64,000 bases of DNA from Alphaproteobacteria bacterium (GTDB taxonomy: Bacteria > Pseudomonadota > Alphaproteobacteria > SP197): assembly GCA_965228895.1 (NCBI GenBank), contig OZ245842.1, positions 3,584,001-3,648,000 of the forward strand, read 5' to 3'. The notes beneath the pieces are model-generated. The model did not search any database and was not told where the DNA came from. It saw nothing but the letters and a program-made list of their open reading frames with translations. Positions 49,386-58,727 of the stretch are shown here, piece after piece; position 1 is the first letter of the stretch; the number at the start of each line of letters is the position of its first letter. Made by a program: the position numbers and the translations under genes.

Positions 49386-50146
49386 TACTCCGCGCGGGTC
49401 AGCGGCACGAAGCGCACGGGCAGAAGCTGGCGTGTCCGGATCTCACCCGCCGCCGTCTTCTCGACAACGGTCAGGTACTGCACCGCGAAGGGGTTGCCGA
49501 CGGGGATCACCATGCGCCCACCCGGCTTCAACTGCTCGACCAGGGGCGGCGGCACGTGATCGGCAGCGGCGGTGACGACGATGGCGTCGAAGGGTCCACA
49601 GTCGGGCCAGCCATGGTAACCATCGGCGACCTTGGACCGCACGTTGTTGAGGCCGAGATCGCCGAACAGCGCTTCAGCGCGTTCGCCCAAGGCCCGGATG
49701 ATCTCGATGGTGCAGACCTCACCGACCAGCGGCGCCAGCACCGCCGCCTGATAGCCTGAGCCCGTGCCGATCTCGAGCACCACATCGCCGGGTTCAGTCT
49801 CCAGCAGGTGGGTCATCAGGGCGACGATCAGCGGTTGCGAGATCGTCTGGCCGTAACCAATCCGCACCGGCCTGTCGTCATAGGCGAGATCACGGTTGTC
49901 CTCGGGAATGAACCGGTGACGTTCAAGGTCGCCCATGACGTCGAGGATCTCCGGCGCAATCGCGCCGTCCTCGATCAAATCGGAGAGATCGCGCGCATGC
50001 CACTCGATCACCTCGATCATCTCGGCCCGCGCCTCGGCGGTGTCGTCATCCGCCTCGGCAAAGACCGCATAGCCGGTGATGGCGCAGGCCAGCACGGCCG
50101 CGAAGGCGGCCCGTCTGCCAATCCTTCCATAACAGTCGTGGTTCAA
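49385..50146 (-). CDS. pcm: Protein-L-isoaspartate(D-aspartate) O-methyltransferase with N-terminal signal-like extension
   Basis: AYDDRPVRIGYGQTISQP, VLEIGTGSGYQAAVL, DGYHGW, PFDAIVVTAA, QLKPGGRMVIPVG, VRFVPL; probable TTG start at 50146 (uncertain). Confidence 0.92.
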   Translation of the reverse strand: MNHDCYGRIGRRAAFAAVLACAITGYAVFAEADDDTAEARAEMIEVIEWHARDLSDLIEDGAIAPEILDVMGDLERHRFIPEDNRDLAYDDRPVRIGYGQTISQPLIVALMTHLLETEPGDVVLEIGTGSGYQAAVLAPLVGEVCTIEIIRALGERAEALFGDLGLNNVRSKVADGYHGWPDCGPFDAIVVTAAADHVPPPLVEQLKPGGRMVIPVGNPFAVQYLTVVEKTAAGEIRTRQLLPVRFVPLTRAE

Positions 50147-50313
50147 GGCTGCGTCTTGTCCAAACGTTGGGCTCCTCGCGCACCAGGTCACTGACCAAAG
50201 CTACCATGGTCAGCGAAACCGTCGAAAGTCCGGCAATCGGTAAGGCCGGTTATCAAGGGCTCTGTTATGATGATAGGCCTTCCCATCGACCACCTGCTAT
50301 CGGGAGCACCGCC

Positions 50314-50769
50314 ATGAAACGCCGCGTCACTGTCGGAATCCTCGCCCTCTTTGTCACCCTGCCCGTCGCTCCGGCGCTCGCCGACGATGACGAAGACGCG
50401 ATCCGCGCCGCCAGCATCCAGCTCCAGGAGAGTTTCGCCGCCGCGGACGCAGCCTCCGTGGCGTCGTACTACACCATCGATGCGGCGCTGCTTCCCGCTG
50501 GCGGGCCGCGTGTCGAGGGGCGTCAGGCTATTCAGAACTATTGGCAGGCGGCCATGGATGCGGGTATCGCCGACCTGCAGCTCAATACCCTCGAGATCGA
50601 GGACGACGATGATCTGGCCTACGAGACCGGCACCTATTCGCTCTCCGCGCCCATGGAAGACGGCACGCTGGGGACCGTCACCGGTCACTATCTCGTCGTC
50701 TGGGAAGAAGGCGACGACGATCTGTGGCGCATGCACCGCGATATCTGGAACGTCGATCCGCCGCAATAG
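50314..50769 (+). CDS. Secreted NTF2-like (DUF4440/YybH/SnoaL) protein
   Basis: Signal peptide ending ALA; YTIDA, GRQAI, AYETG, GHYLVVW, DIWN. Confidence 0.85.
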   Translation: MKRRVTVGILALFVTLPVAPALADDDEDAIRAASIQLQESFAAADAASVASYYTIDAALLPAGGPRVEGRQAIQNYWQAAMDAGIADLQLNTLEIEDDDDLAYETGTYSLSAPMEDGTLGTVTGHYLVVWEEGDDDLWRMHRDIWNVDPPQ

Positions 50770-50775
50770 GCCGGC

Positions 50776-52518
50776 TCAACCGTCCCAACCCGCCTTTCGT
50801 AGGCCGTCGATGAAGAAGTCGAAGGCGTCCGGGTCCTTGAACGGATAGGTCGCTTCGAAATAGGCGAGCGGTGGATCTGGCATATGCTGATAGGTCGCCT
50901 GAAGTGTCGCGCGAGCGTCCGCGATATCGCCCTTGTGTGCGAGGGCACAGGCAAGCCGCTGGCCGGCCCGGTAGTTAGCCGGGTTGTCGGCCAGCGCCCT
51001 ACGGCCATAGTCGATGGCCGTGTCATAGTCCTGGTTCAATATGTGAGCGAGCGTCAAGAGTCCCCAGACGAGCGATATGGTCGGTTCATCTCGCGGACTG
51101 AGATGAAGTCCCTTGTGCATCGCCTCGATGCCTTCCTTCGGTCGCCCTGCAAAGAGAAGCGAATTGCCAAGTGCCAGATAGCCGTTCGCGAAAAAGGGAT
51201 TGATATCGACGGCCTGCTGCGCTTCTTCGGCTGCGCGCTCCGGTTCGCGGTTGAAGACGTAGAGCGAAGATAGCGAAGCACGGGCGAACGGTTCCTTCGG
51301 ATCGATGCCAATCGCACGGTGAGCGGCCGCAATGCCATGCTTGATGGAGCCTGTCGGATCATCACCCCAGCCAAACGCGACATTCATCGCATAGGTCGCC
51401 GCAACAAAGGCGCCGGCTGAACCGAACAGGGGATCGATCTCCAGTGACGCCTCAAAGTATTCACGGGCCCTGGCCATGTCCGTCTGACTTAGACGATGAA
51501 AGTGCCAGCAACCGCGCTGAAAAAGATCCCAGGCGCCCAAGTTGGCCGGCCTTCGTTGAACGGCCTGCTGCGCCTCGGCCCGTTCGATCCCAGGCAGCAT
51601 GTGCGTGACAATCTGCTCAACGATATCGTCCTGCAGCTCGAAGATGTCGTCGAGCTCGCGGTCATAGCGTTCCGCCCACACATGCGTGCCGTTATCGGCG
51701 TCGATCAACTGACCGGTGACGCGGACACGATTGCCGGCCTTACGGACACTGCCTTTCAGGACGTATCGCGCGCCCAGTTCCAGGCCGATGTGCTTCACAT
51801 CGATGTCCTTGCCCTTGAACGCAAAGCTCGAGTTACGGGCGATAACGGGAAATTGGCGCCACAATGAGAGCGCCGTCATGATGTCTTCTGTGATGCCGTC
51901 GGCGAAGTACTCCTGCTCGGTGTCACCGCTCATGTTGGTGAACGGCAAGACGGCGATGGCCGGCTTGTCGAAAAACGCGTGATCTGCAGACGTTTCATCT
52001 CGCTCGACCACCTTCTCCGATGGCCGCACCATGAAGACTCGGATTGGCTTTGCGATGTTCTTGACCGTGTGCTCGCCGGTATCCTCGAAGGCCGCTTCGA
52101 CCTTGCCCGCGATCTGGTCGTAGGCGACCTGGCTTAGCGCGATGCCGCCGGGCTCGGCCAACCCTTCAAGCCGCGCGGCGATGTTGACGCCGTCACCATA
52201 AATATCGCCATCGTCAACAACGATGTCGCCGGAATTGATGCCAATCCGAAATCTCATCGACGCACCATCGGAGTCGTCGTCCATGTGCGATTGCCAGGCT
52301 ATGGCACACGCCACCGCATCGACGACACTTTGGAATTCCACCAACAGGCCGTCGCCCATGAGTTTCACGATCCGGCCGCGATGGGATGCGATCAAGGGTT
52401 CGATGGTGTCGGCGCGAAGCGCCTTAAGAGCGGCAATCGTACCGGCCTCGTCTTCACCCATGAGGCGGCTATAGCCGACCACATCGGCAGCCAAGATGGC
52501 AGCCAGCTTGCGTTCCAC
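50776..52518 (-). CDS. Class III adenylate cyclase-TolB-like-TPR protein
   Basis: AADVVGYS, VKLMGDG, FRIGI, DIYGDGVNIAARLE (catalytic residues present); AIAVLPFTNMSGD.EQEYFADG; TPRs. Confidence 0.93.
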   Translation of the reverse strand: MERKLAAILAADVVGYSRLMGEDEAGTIAALKALRADTIEPLIASHRGRIVKLMGDGLLVEFQSVVDAVACAIAWQSHMDDDSDGASMRFRIGINSGDIVVDDGDIYGDGVNIAARLEGLAEPGGIALSQVAYDQIAGKVEAAFEDTGEHTVKNIAKPIRVFMVRPSEKVVERDETSADHAFFDKPAIAVLPFTNMSGDTEQEYFADGITEDIMTALSLWRQFPVIARNSSFAFKGKDIDVKHIGLELGARYVLKGSVRKAGNRVRVTGQLIDADNGTHVWAERYDRELDDIFELQDDIVEQIVTHMLPGIERAEAQQAVQRRPANLGAWDLFQRGCWHFHRLSQTDMARAREYFEASLEIDPLFGSAGAFVAATYAMNVAFGWGDDPTGSIKHGIAAAHRAIGIDPKEPFARASLSSLYVFNREPERAAEEAQQAVDINPFFANGYLALGNSLLFAGRPKEGIEAMHKGLHLSPRDEPTISLVWGLLTLAHILNQDYDTAIDYGRRALADNPANYRAGQRLACALAHKGDIADARATLQATYQHMPDPPLAYFEATYPFKDPDAFDFFIDGLRKAGWDG

Positions 52519-52649
52519 GCTGACCCTCCTCTAACCGGAGACTAGAGTAGTTTTTGGCTACGTGGAATTGGGACGGGGATCATCACCACGAGCGATGCCA
52601 ATTCGCGCGCGAATGGCGTAACGTCGATTCGCAGCAAGGATCGGCGGCC

Positions 52650-54206
52650 ATGGCGAAACCAAAAGACGATCTGAAGGCACGACGGCGGCAACGGCGCGAA
52701 CGCCGTGAGGCCGGCGCCGACGCGGTCACGGCGATACCGCAATTGCCGTGGACGCAGCCACGCCGCCCCTTTCCGCCGGTCGATCTCATCTCCGCCGACC
52801 AGATCGAGGCGATCCATCAGGCCTCGCTGAAGGTGCTCGAAGAAATCGGCATGCAGATCCTGCTGCCTGAAGCGCGCGAGATGCTGCGTAAGACAGGCGC
52901 GCTGGTCGACGGCGAGATGGTCAGGATCGGCCGCGATATGGTCGAGTCCTCGATCGGGTCCGCGCCTGAAGAGTTCACCTGGCACGCGCGCAATCCCGAG
53001 CATTCGCTTCGCATCGGCGGGCCGTGGATCATGTTCACGCCGGTCGGCGGGCCGCCCAACTGTTCGGACCTGGATAACGGCCGCCGGCCCGGCACGCTGG
53101 CCGATGGCGAGAATTTTCTGAAGCTCTGCCAGTTCTTCAACATCATCCACATGGCGGGCCAAGGCGTCGACGCGATCGACGTGCATGCCTCGATCCGGCA
53201 TCTGAAAATCGGCCACGCCCGCGCAACCCTGACCGACAAGGTCGGGTTTGCGTCGGCGACCGGACGTGACCGGCTTTATGACGGCATCCATATGGCGCGC
53301 ATCGCACGCGGCGTCAGCGAGGATCAGTTGCTCGATGAACCGTCGGTCATGACGGTCGTCAACACCAACTCGCCGCTCAAGCTCGACGGGCCGATGACCA
53401 TGGGCATCATCGAGATGGCGCGTATGGGTCAGGTCTGCTGCGTCACACCGTTCACGCTCGCCGGCGCCATGGCGCCCGTCACCATGGCGGGTGCCTTGGT
53501 GGAACAGAACGCCGAAGCGCTCGCCGGTCTAACCATTCATCAGCTCGCGCGCCCCGGCGCGCCGTTCATCTATGGCGGATTCACATCGAACGTCGACATG
53601 AAGTCGGGCGCACCGGCCTTCGGTACGCCCGAATACATGAAGGCATGCCTGGTCGGCGGCCAGCTCGCCAGGCGCTACCGCCTGCCCTACCGCACGTCGA
53701 ACACCAACGCCGCCAATGCGGTCGACGCCCAGGCAGCTTATGAAAGCGTGTTCTCGCTATGGGGCGCCATCATGGGCGGCGGCAACCTGATCGCCCATGG
53801 CGCCGGCTGGATGGAAGGCGGCCTGGTCGCGAGCTACGAAAAGTTCATCGTCGATATCGAACTGCTGCAGACCGTCTCTGAGTTCTTGAACCCGCTCGAT
53901 ACGTCCGACGCCGCGCTCGGCCTCGACGCCATGCGCGAGGTCGGCCCCGGCGGTCATTTCTTCGGCGCCCAGCACACGCTGGAACGCTACACCAGCGCCT
54001 TCTACGCGCCGCTGATCTCCGACTGGCGCAACTTCGAGCAGTGGCAAGCCGCGGGCTCGCCAACCGCCGAGATAAAAGCCAACAAGCTCTGGAAACAGGT
54101 GCTCGCCGAATACGAGGAACCCGCCATGGATCCGGCGATCCGCGACGCGTTCGATACCTTCATCGCGCAGCGCATCGAACAAGGCGGCCAGCCGACGGAT
54201 TTCTAG
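52650..54206 (+). CDS. Trimethylamine methyltransferase (MttB/MtgB) family, non-pyrrolysine
   Basis: IHQASLKVLEEIG, NTNSPL, PFTLAGAMAPVT, YGGFTSNVDMKSGAPAFGTPE, DAQAAYES, HGAGWMEGGL, VGPGGHFF; no in-frame TAG. Confidence 0.92.
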   Translation: MAKPKDDLKARRRQRRERREAGADAVTAIPQLPWTQPRRPFPPVDLISADQIEAIHQASLKVLEEIGMQILLPEAREMLRKTGALVDGEMVRIGRDMVESSIGSAPEEFTWHARNPEHSLRIGGPWIMFTPVGGPPNCSDLDNGRRPGTLADGENFLKLCQFFNIIHMAGQGVDAIDVHASIRHLKIGHARATLTDKVGFASATGRDRLYDGIHMARIARGVSEDQLLDEPSVMTVVNTNSPLKLDGPMTMGIIEMARMGQVCCVTPFTLAGAMAPVTMAGALVEQNAEALAGLTIHQLARPGAPFIYGGFTSNVDMKSGAPAFGTPEYMKACLVGGQLARRYRLPYRTSNTNAANAVDAQAAYESVFSLWGAIMGGGNLIAHGAGWMEGGLVASYEKFIVDIELLQTVSEFLNPLDTSDAALGLDAMREVGPGGHFFGAQHTLERYTSAFYAPLISDWRNFEQWQAAGSPTAEIKANKLWKQVLAEYEEPAMDPAIRDAFDTFIAQRIEQGGQPTDF

Positions 54207-54211
54207 ACGTC

Positions 54212-54949
54212 CTAAGCCGCATAATCCGGCTGTTCGCGGTCGAGGATGCGTTTGAGCGCGGCGAAGTGCGTGTGCGCGCCTTCGCGTCCACCGCTCTGCC
54301 GGTTCATCTGGCTCGCGGTCAGCGCGGCGACGTCCTGGGGTACGCGTTTGAGCGGCTGACCGGTCGAGAGCGCCAGAACGAGAGTCCGGCAGGTCTGCTC
54401 GAGGTAATAGAGATCGTCATAGGCTTCTGCGACCGTGCGCCCGGCGATCATGACGCCGTGGTTGGCCATCAGCAGGATATCGGCGTCGCCCATGACACGG
54501 GCCAGCCGGTCGCCTTCGTCGGTATCGAAGGCGAGGCCCGTGTAGTCGTCGTCATAGGCAATGCGGCCGTAGAAGCCGAGCTCGTTCTGGCTGGCCATGG
54601 GAAACCGGAAATCCTCCAGCATGGTCAGCGCCGTTGCCCACGGCATGTGGGTGTGCAGCAGGCAGCGGGCGTCCGGCCGCGCGCGATGGATCGGCGCGTG
54701 AATGTAGAACGCCGTCGCCTCCGCGATACCGTCGCCGGCGATGACGTTGCGGTCGAAATCGACCTCGATCAGGTTGGACGCGGTGACTTCCGACCAGTGC
54801 AGGCCATAGGGGATCAACAGAAACCGGTCATCGCTCTCCGGCGCCATCATGGTGAAGTGGTTGCAGATGCCTTCGTTGAAACCCTGCTTGGCGGCCAGCC
54901 GATAGGCAGCGGCAAGATCGATGCGCGTTTGGTTGAGATTGTCGGCCAT
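54212..54949 (-). CDS. Class II aldolase/adducin family protein
   Basis: DLAAAYR, EGICNHF, IHAPIH, LHTHMP, MANHG metal-binding histidines. Confidence 0.9.
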   Translation of the reverse strand: MADNLNQTRIDLAAAYRLAAKQGFNEGICNHFTMMAPESDDRFLLIPYGLHWSEVTASNLIEVDFDRNVIAGDGIAEATAFYIHAPIHRARPDARCLLHTHMPWATALTMLEDFRFPMASQNELGFYGRIAYDDDYTGLAFDTDEGDRLARVMGDADILLMANHGVMIAGRTVAEAYDDLYYLEQTCRTLVLALSTGQPLKRVPQDVAALTASQMNRQSGGREGAHTHFAALKRILDREQPDYAA

Positions 54950-55092
54950 GGTTGGGGCTCCACGGTTAGGCTTGTTGTCGGCGCCGCGACTTTAGGCGAT
55001 GCGGCAGGCCACCACCAGCCAAGGCGGTGCCGGCACGCTTCACCGCCATCTAACGCAATGCCGCGACCACGGACAGCCCGGCGCAAGCCCCG

Positions 55093-55847
55093 TCATCGCT
55101 TGCCGACCAGGATGTACCTGACCGGCATGTTGGTCGCGCGCTGATGATAGATGTCGAACTCAACAGCGCTGATGTTGTTGGGGTGTTCGCGGAACGTCTC
55201 GATCGTGAAACCCGCGCCCAGCATCGCCGTCATGATGTCGCTCAAGGTTTGGAAGAACCAAGAGTGGGTCGCGCCCTCGCCGGTGCCGGTACCGTCATAA
55301 ACAATCGCGCCTTCTTCTTCCAAAGGCGCCGACCGGATGGAGTCGTTGGTCGGCTCGAATGGTTTGTCGCTCTCCGGCTCGAACATGTTCATGATCGGGT
55401 GTTCTTCATGAATGACGAGCCGCCCACCGGACCGCAGCAAGCGGGCCGGCAAGTCGAAGAACGCGGCGAGGTCCGGCATCCAGCCGAACACACCGATGGT
55501 GATGAGCGCAATATCGAAGGACTGGTCCCAGTCGCTTTCGATGGCATAAACGTCGCTCGCAGCCCTGCTCCAGAAACGGCTCGGACTGGTCGAAGCCGAC
55601 GCAGCGCGCCGCGCCCATGTTCTTGACCGACAGCAACTCGCGTCCGTTGTCGCAGCAGATCTGCACGACGTCACGGCCGGCGACGCCGATGTCTTGAAGC
55701 ACGGTCGTCTCGACGTCGCCCAGGCGCGAAAAACCGGGCTGGGCAAAACCCTCCCGCAGTTTCTTGGCTTCGTCGTTGTCGCGGTGAAATTGCGCACAGT
55801 GATCCCAGGCCACCCGGCTGGCCGGCGGCGATCCTGGGCGTCGGCAT
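55093..55847 (-). pseudogene. Disrupted class I SAM-dependent methyltransferase
   Basis: VVQICCDNGRELLSVKNMGA...GFDQS in one frame and DVY...FDIALITIGVFGWMPDL...GGRLVIHEEHP in another; junction near 55558; probable ATG (55847) in a third frame. Confidence 0.75.
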
Positions 55848-55931
55848 CCTGCTGGCTGGCGTATTGCGCGCCCACGGTCACAGCTTGATCGCCGCCATCG
55901 CCAAAGCCTACTGATGGCCGGCAAGAGCGGC

Positions 55932-55946
55932 GTTCCATAACCGTGC
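55932..55946 (+). promoter_or_regulatory. Possible alphaproteobacterial LexA box (GTTC-N7-GTGC)
   Basis: One mismatch to GTTC-N7-GTTC, 45 nt upstream of dinB. Confidence 0.35.
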
Positions 55947-55991
55947 TGCCGCCTCCGGTTTGCGCTAAGATGGCGGCCGGAGGATAGGGCG

Positions 55992-57278
55992 ATGGCAGCG
56001 CTGTGCCGGGATTGCGGCAAGACGGACGAGGCGGATTTCCGGACCTGCCCGGCCTGCGGTTCCGAGCGCGCCGTCAGGCACCCGGAGCTGCTGACATTGC
56101 CGATCGCCCACCTGGATTGCGACGCCTTCTATGCCGCCATCGAAAAACGTGACAACCCGTCGCTGATCGACAAGCCCGTCGTTGTCGGCGGGCGCCAAAG
56201 GGGCGTCGTGGCGGCCGCTTGCTATAACGCGCGCACCTATGGCATCCGTTCGGCCATGCCGATGTTCAAGGCGCTCCGGGCCTGCCCCCACGCCGTCGTC
56301 ATTCGCCCGGATATGAAGAAATACGCCGCGGTCGGCCGCCAAGTGCGCGAGATGATGGAGGCGCTGACGCCGCTGGTCGAACCGCTCTCGATCGACGAGG
56401 CATTCATGGATCTAAGCGGCACCACCGCGCTTCATCGCGGCGCGCCCGCCAAGACCCTGGCGCGGCTGGTGCGGCGCATCGAGAACGAGATCAAGATCAC
56501 CGTCTCGATCGGACTCAGCTACAACAAGTATCTGGCGAAGATCGCCTCGGACCTCGATAAACCACGCGGCTTTGCCGTCATCGGCCAGGCGGAGGCCAGA
56601 GGTTTCCTGGCCGACAAGCCGGTCAGCATGTTGTGGGGCGTCGGTAAGGCGATGCAGAAGACCCTGGCGCGCGACGGCATCACCTTGATTGGCGAGATCG
56701 CGCGGCTCGACGAAGACGAGATGGTGCGCCGCTACGGCGAAATCGGCCACCGTCTGTCGCAATGCGCGCGTGGCGAGGACGCCCGGCCGGTCGATCCGCG
56801 CGGCGAGGCCAAGAGCGTGTCGTCGGAAACCACGTTTGACAGCGACATCGCCGATGTCGCCCGCCTGAAGCCGATCCTCTGGCGCCTGGCCGAGACCGTC
56901 TCCCGCCGGATGAAACGTTCGGGTATTGCCGGCGGCGGCGTGACGCTGAAACTGAAGACCGCCGATTTCCGCATCATCACGCGCAGCCGCCAGCTCGCCG
57001 GCCCGACCCAGCTCGCCGCACGTTTCTATGAGGCCGCCGAGCCGTTGCTGGAGCGCGAGGCCGACGGGCGCCCGTTCCGCCTGATCGGCATCGGCGCCCA
57101 TGACCTCGGACCGGTCGACGCGCCGGGTCAGATCGACATGTTCGGCGGCGGCAAGGCTCAGGACGACAAGGTCGAGGCCGCGCTGGACGCCGTGCGCGAA
57201 CGGTTCGGTGACGAGGCCGTCGTCAAAGGGCGCGGCTTCGGCACCAAGCTGGTGCGTCAGGGGCCATCGAAAACCTGA
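55992..57278 (+). CDS. dinB: DNA polymerase IV
   Basis: HLDCDAFYA, ACYNAR..G..SAMP, PLSIDEAF, AKIASD..KP; N-terminal CRDC...CPAC. Confidence 0.96.
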   Translation: MAALCRDCGKTDEADFRTCPACGSERAVRHPELLTLPIAHLDCDAFYAAIEKRDNPSLIDKPVVVGGRQRGVVAAACYNARTYGIRSAMPMFKALRACPHAVVIRPDMKKYAAVGRQVREMMEALTPLVEPLSIDEAFMDLSGTTALHRGAPAKTLARLVRRIENEIKITVSIGLSYNKYLAKIASDLDKPRGFAVIGQAEARGFLADKPVSMLWGVGKAMQKTLARDGITLIGEIARLDEDEMVRRYGEIGHRLSQCARGEDARPVDPRGEAKSVSSETTFDSDIADVARLKPILWRLAETVSRRMKRSGIAGGGVTLKLKTADFRIITRSRQLAGPTQLAARFYEAAEPLLEREADGRPFRLIGIGAHDLGPVDAPGQIDMFGGGKAQDDKVEAALDAVRERFGDEAVVKGRGFGTKLVRQGPSKT

Positions 57279-57284
57279 CCCGCG

Positions 57285-57423
57285 CTAGAGAAGATCCTGT
57301 TTTTTGGCATCGCTTCGCGATGGCATGAAGGCAGGTGAATCTGCTCCAATCATAGATGGAGAGCGGATTCACATGGTTAGGTGGAACCGTCAAGCGGTTC
57401 AACCTAACCATGATCCGCTCTAG
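57285..57423. mobile_element. MITE-like palindromic intergenic repeat (CTAGAG...CTCTAG)
   Basis: Termini 12/15 inverted; internal inverted repeats GTGAATCTGCTC/GAGCGGATTCAC and CATGGTTAGGT.GAACCG/CGGTTC.ACCTAACCATG; no coding capacity. Confidence 0.7.
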
Positions 57424-57875
57424 AGCTTGACCAGCTCTTTGTGGCCAAAACCCTTCTTGTAGTCGATCAGCGAGATAACCACCGGTTCGATGCGATAAAA
57501 GGCCAGACTGATGGCCGCATCATCGTCGGCGGGCTCGTACTGTGCTGCCTGCGGGAACTTCGTCAAGAGCAGCGTGCCTATCTTCTCTTGTTCGGCCGGA
57601 TCGGTGACGGCGATCGCCAGGGCGCCCATCGACAGGCTCTCGATGTCGTCCCAGCTCTCGTAGTCGCGGTCTATCGCCAGCGACACCTTGTTGTTTCGTA
57701 TGATGTTCCGGGCCTTCTGCGCGTCCGATGGCGTCATGAAATAGATGGTCATGCCGTCATTGACGTAGCTGACCGTGGTCGCCTGTGGAAATCCATCCTC
57801 TCGGACGGTAGCGATTGTCATATCGTTGACATCGTCGATGATCGACACGATTTGCTCGCGCAGTTTCTGGTTCAA
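57420..57875 (-). CDS. Pyridoxamine 5'-phosphate oxidase-like FMN-binding protein
   Basis: MTIATVREDGFPQATTVSY, QKARNI..NNKVSL, DYKKGFGH; probable TTG start with RBS GGGAGAG. Confidence 0.85.
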   Translation of the reverse strand: MNQKLREQIVSIIDDVNDMTIATVREDGFPQATTVSYVNDGMTIYFMTPSDAQKARNIIRNNKVSLAIDRDYESWDDIESLSMGALAIAVTDPAEQEKIGTLLLTKFPQAAQYEPADDDAAISLAFYRIEPVVISLIDYKKGFGHKELVKL

Positions 57876-57967
57876 GGCTCTCTCCCGGCGCAATGGTTCA
57901 GCCCATTGAACCGGCGCGCGCACAATTGAGCCTTGATGCAGGTCAACAAACGATCCGCGGTACGTCA

Positions 57968-58004
57968 CAAACAAAGAGGGCGTCCCGGTAACCGGGACGC
58001 CCTC
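57968..58004 (-). terminator. Intrinsic terminator after the fasciclin gene
   Basis: 13-bp perfect stem GAGGGCGTCCCGG/CCGGGACGCCCTC followed by TTTGTTT on the minus strand. Confidence 0.85.
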
Positions 58005-58073
58005 CTAGCCTGGCTTGGTTCGGTTGACGCGGGGAAGGATACGAAAACCGGAACTGTTGCCGAAGGCTTGCGC

Positions 58074-58556
58074 TTACATCGGCGGCATGATCACCGTGTC
58101 GATGACATGGATGACGCCGTTATCGGTTTCGATGTCGGCGGCGACCACCTGGGCGTCGTTGACGAAGACGTCACCGGACGTGCCGTTGACGTGCACCTTG
58201 CTGCCCTCGACGGTGTCGACCGACGCCTTCTGGCCGGCGACTTCGCTCGACATGACCTTACCGGGTACGACGTGATAGGTGAGAATGGCGACCAGCGTCT
58301 CGCGGTTCTCCGGCAGCAGCAGGTCATCGACCGTGCCGGCGGGAAGTTTCGCGAACGCCTCATCGGTCGGCGCGAAGACGGTGAACGGGCCGGGGCCCTG
58401 GAGCGTCTCAACCAAGCCGGCGGCCTGGACCGCGGCGACAAGCGTGTTGAAGTCGTCGGCCGCGACTGCCGTTTCGACGATATCGGCGGCACGCGCCGAA
58501 AGGGATCCAAGTGCGACCGTAGCGGCGACGGCGCCCGCAATTAAAAGGCGTTTCAT
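58074..58556 (-). CDS. Secreted fasciclin (FAS1) domain protein
   Basis: Signal peptide; [38 protein letters not shown]. Confidence 0.95.
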   Translation of the reverse strand: MKRLLIAGAVAATVALGSLSARAADIVETAVAADDFNTLVAAVQAAGLVETLQGPGPFTVFAPTDEAFAKLPAGTVDDLLLPENRETLVAILTYHVVPGKVMSSEVAGQKASVDTVEGSKVHVNGTSGDVFVNDAQVVAADIETDNGVIHVIDTVIMPPM

Positions 58557-58639
58557 AAGCGTTTCTCCTCTGCGTTTCATGCCCAACGGGATGGTGACCA
58601 CGCGGCGCCGCGAGTCATTGAAGGAACGTTCTGCCCGAA

Positions 58640-58667
58640 GTTACGCAGACCCCATCCCGATGGATCA
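58640..58667 (-). promoter_or_regulatory. ECF sigma promoter TGATCC-N16-CGTAAC upstream of the fasciclin gene
   Basis: Minus strand reads TGATCC atcgggatggggtctg CGTAAC, matching the RpoE-ChrR/SigK-type consensus. Confidence 0.65.
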
Positions 58668-58727
58668 GGAAGAGGAGAAAAAAGTTGCCGGGTAGTCAGG
58701 GGGCGATCCCAGCCAGCCCCAAAACTG

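Noticed and set aside
52599-52612. Palindrome ATTCGCGCGCGAAT upstream of the MttB-family gene
   Set aside because: The core is a low-complexity CG run, it occurs once, and no cognate regulator is evident
52650-54206. Possible pyrrolysine recoding in the MttB homologue
   Set aside because: No in-frame TAG; the ORF is continuous and no pyl genes are present
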